A DNA stretch of 11,171 nucleotides from Trichoplax adhaerens (Eukaryota; Animalia; Placozoa). Below the pieces are notes generated by a model. The model worked only from the letters and a program-made list of their open reading frames with translations, was not told the DNA's origin and did not search any database. The position numbers were made by a program, and so were the translations under genes. Location: the NCBI RefSeq assembly GCF_000150275.1, contig NW_002061097.1, positions 1 through 11,171 on the forward strand, in the 5' to 3' direction. Positions within the stretch are counted from its first letter, which is position 1. Each line of letters starts with the position of its first letter. Positions 9,728 through 11,171 of the stretch are shown piece after piece.

Positions 9728-9771
9728 TACTTACGATAAAAGCTTGTATTACTTACGATGAAAGCTTGTAT
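9728..9771. repeat. 22-nt tandem duplication (2 copies, 1 mismatch)
   Basis: TACTTACGATAAAAGCTTGTAT (9728-9749) / TACTTACGATGAAAGCTTGTAT (9750-9771). Each copy contains GTAAGTA on the minus strand. Confidence 0.9.
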
Positions 9772-10113
9772 TGGAGTGGTTTACAATTCGACATCCTCCA
9801 TGATGCGTTGGTTTACAGCTCAATCCAACTAGGATAGCAAAAGCAAGTTGTCTAAAGTTGCAACAAGTATGGCAAAGCTACCAGCGCTTCCGTGGTGCTT
9901 TTTCAATCAGTTTAGGTTCTTCTAGCATGCATGGTGTAAGCATTCCAAACATGAGGATAGAAAGGTACATTCACTGAAAGCTTATGTCGAGGTAGTTTAC
10001 AATGCGATATCACAAATGATGTGTTGATTTCTAGTTCAATCCAAGTATTACAGCAAAAGCAAATTGTTCAAAGTTTCAACAAGTATCACAAAGCTACAAG
10101 CAACTCCATGATG
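9760..10113. repeat. Diverged direct repeat: two ungapped 138-nt copies offset by 216 nt
   Basis: 9760-9897 versus 9976-10113, 33 mismatches by hand count (about 76% identity). Shared blocks include GAAAGCTT, GTTTACAAT, TCAATCCAA, AGCAAAAGCAA, CAACAAGTAT, CAAAGCTAC. Confidence 0.9.
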
Positions 10114-10202
10114 GTGTTTTATGCAATCCATAAATATAGCCAACGACAAAATTATGACAATCCAACTCCAAGCAGTCTTAGTGTTATTACCATAGAAATA
10201 AT

Positions 10203-11170
10203 TTAATCCTTTTTAGGCAGATACTCGTAAGGATCTGGATAAGGTTGGCATTGGCGATTTAGACCATCCCAATCGCGACTTAATGTGGTATAAACTTTAG
10301 GCGGCCGATTAGGATCATGCAGTGCGTTACATAAATTACACCAATGTCTTGGTACAACAATCTTCCAGTTTAATTTCCATTTCATGTAGGAGTTGTAAAG
10401 ATTTTTATCACGGCTAACTTTATGCAAATATTCAGCTAAATCCTTGACAGAAGGGAAATCACGAGCATCAATATACGATTTGGGTGGTGCAATTTTGCGA
10501 TAATCTGCGCCTCCCAAGACAACCGGGACAACCCCATAAAGTAATGGATTCCATAACTTTTCCGTCACATATTCGGCACATACGGAATTTTCAAAGGACA
10601 AATAAAACATGGATCGACTAAATACTGTCTTCCAACAATGCCTATTCGTTCCATTGCATGTCTTATTGCCACAAATACCATAAATGTCGATGGAAATATA
10701 TTTCGATAAAGCTTGAACATATTTCATTCTGGCATTAAGACAGTGACTTACTGCCCAAGTAACAAGTACATCTTTTCTACCATGATAATCGGGTAGGGTT
10801 GCGCGTGGAATTGGCCGCTGAACAGCGTGGCCATATTGAATATCAATATCGGCATTATGATGGTAGGTCATAGACCAGTTAAACATGCCTGCATTGATGA
10901 AAAATGGCTTATAACCTCGAGCATAGTAGGGCGATTCAAAATTGTAATACACCCAACGTTGCCATGGCCGACGATCTTTAAAATAGGGCATATGAGCAAT
11001 ATGATCAGGCAAATCGCGATCGTTGAAGACGATAGCATGCGATTTTTTATAGGCCGATCGATTAATGGTTAAGAAGCAATTTTAATCTTGCAATATCGAT
11101 TAAAATAAGTCCTCCCTAAGGGTAACTTGACAGTAAAATCCATATCGATTTTCCAGCTTCTTTCATAATA
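10203..11170 (-). CDS. Alpha-1,3-fucosyltransferase (glycosyltransferase family 10), 5'-truncated by window; apparent frameshift at 11080-11083
   Basis: GT10 motifs WVYYNFESP, FNWSMTY..ADI..QYG, WAVSHC, IDIYGICG, FYLSFENSVCAEYVTEKLW, VPVVLGG, APPKSYIDARDF, WCNLC. The frame extends upstream of the called TTG start (NCFLTINRSAYKKSHAIVFNDRD) and then needs one extra base to reach ...LGRTYFNRYCKIK, which is open to the window edge. Confidence 0.93.
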
Positions 11171-11171
11171 T

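Noticed and set aside
9728-10113. CRISPR array or LTR pair interpretation of the repeats
   Set aside because: Only two copies of each unit, no spacer periodicity or cas genes, eukaryotic context, and no TG..CA ends or internal retroelement sequence.
4396-11072. Plus-strand ORFs 4396..4596, 8701..8883 and 10827..11072
   Set aside because: Antisense shadows of the Roco and fucosyltransferase coding regions.

Overview
AT-rich, intron-containing eukaryotic draft-assembly DNA with two N gaps (1296-1752, 2610-3535); not a prokaryotic locus. The gene-family mix suggests an early-branching animal, possibly a placozoan such as Trichoplax (inference only). It holds two tandem minus-strand Roco (Roc GTPase + COR) genes. 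Copy A (9157-7103) has one frameshift near 8285. Copy B is a TPR exon joined by a 104-nt phase-1 GT-AG intron to a Roc-COR exon (4985-3536) with two in-frame TGA stops. Between them, on the plus strand and invisible in the ORF track, is what reads as a heavily decayed class C GPCR (mGluR/CaSR-like) remnant. At the right end is a GT10 alpha-1,3-fucosyltransferase with an apparent 1-nt frameshift near 11080, preceded by an unexplained 138-nt duplication at a 216-nt offset. Every recognisable gene carries a lesion. Best leads: a modular phase-1 Roc-COR exon, a DxxG-to-DxxD change in both divergent Roc domains, and the cryptic GPCR fossil. I see no demonstrably new system; Roco expansions are already known in some animals and algae.
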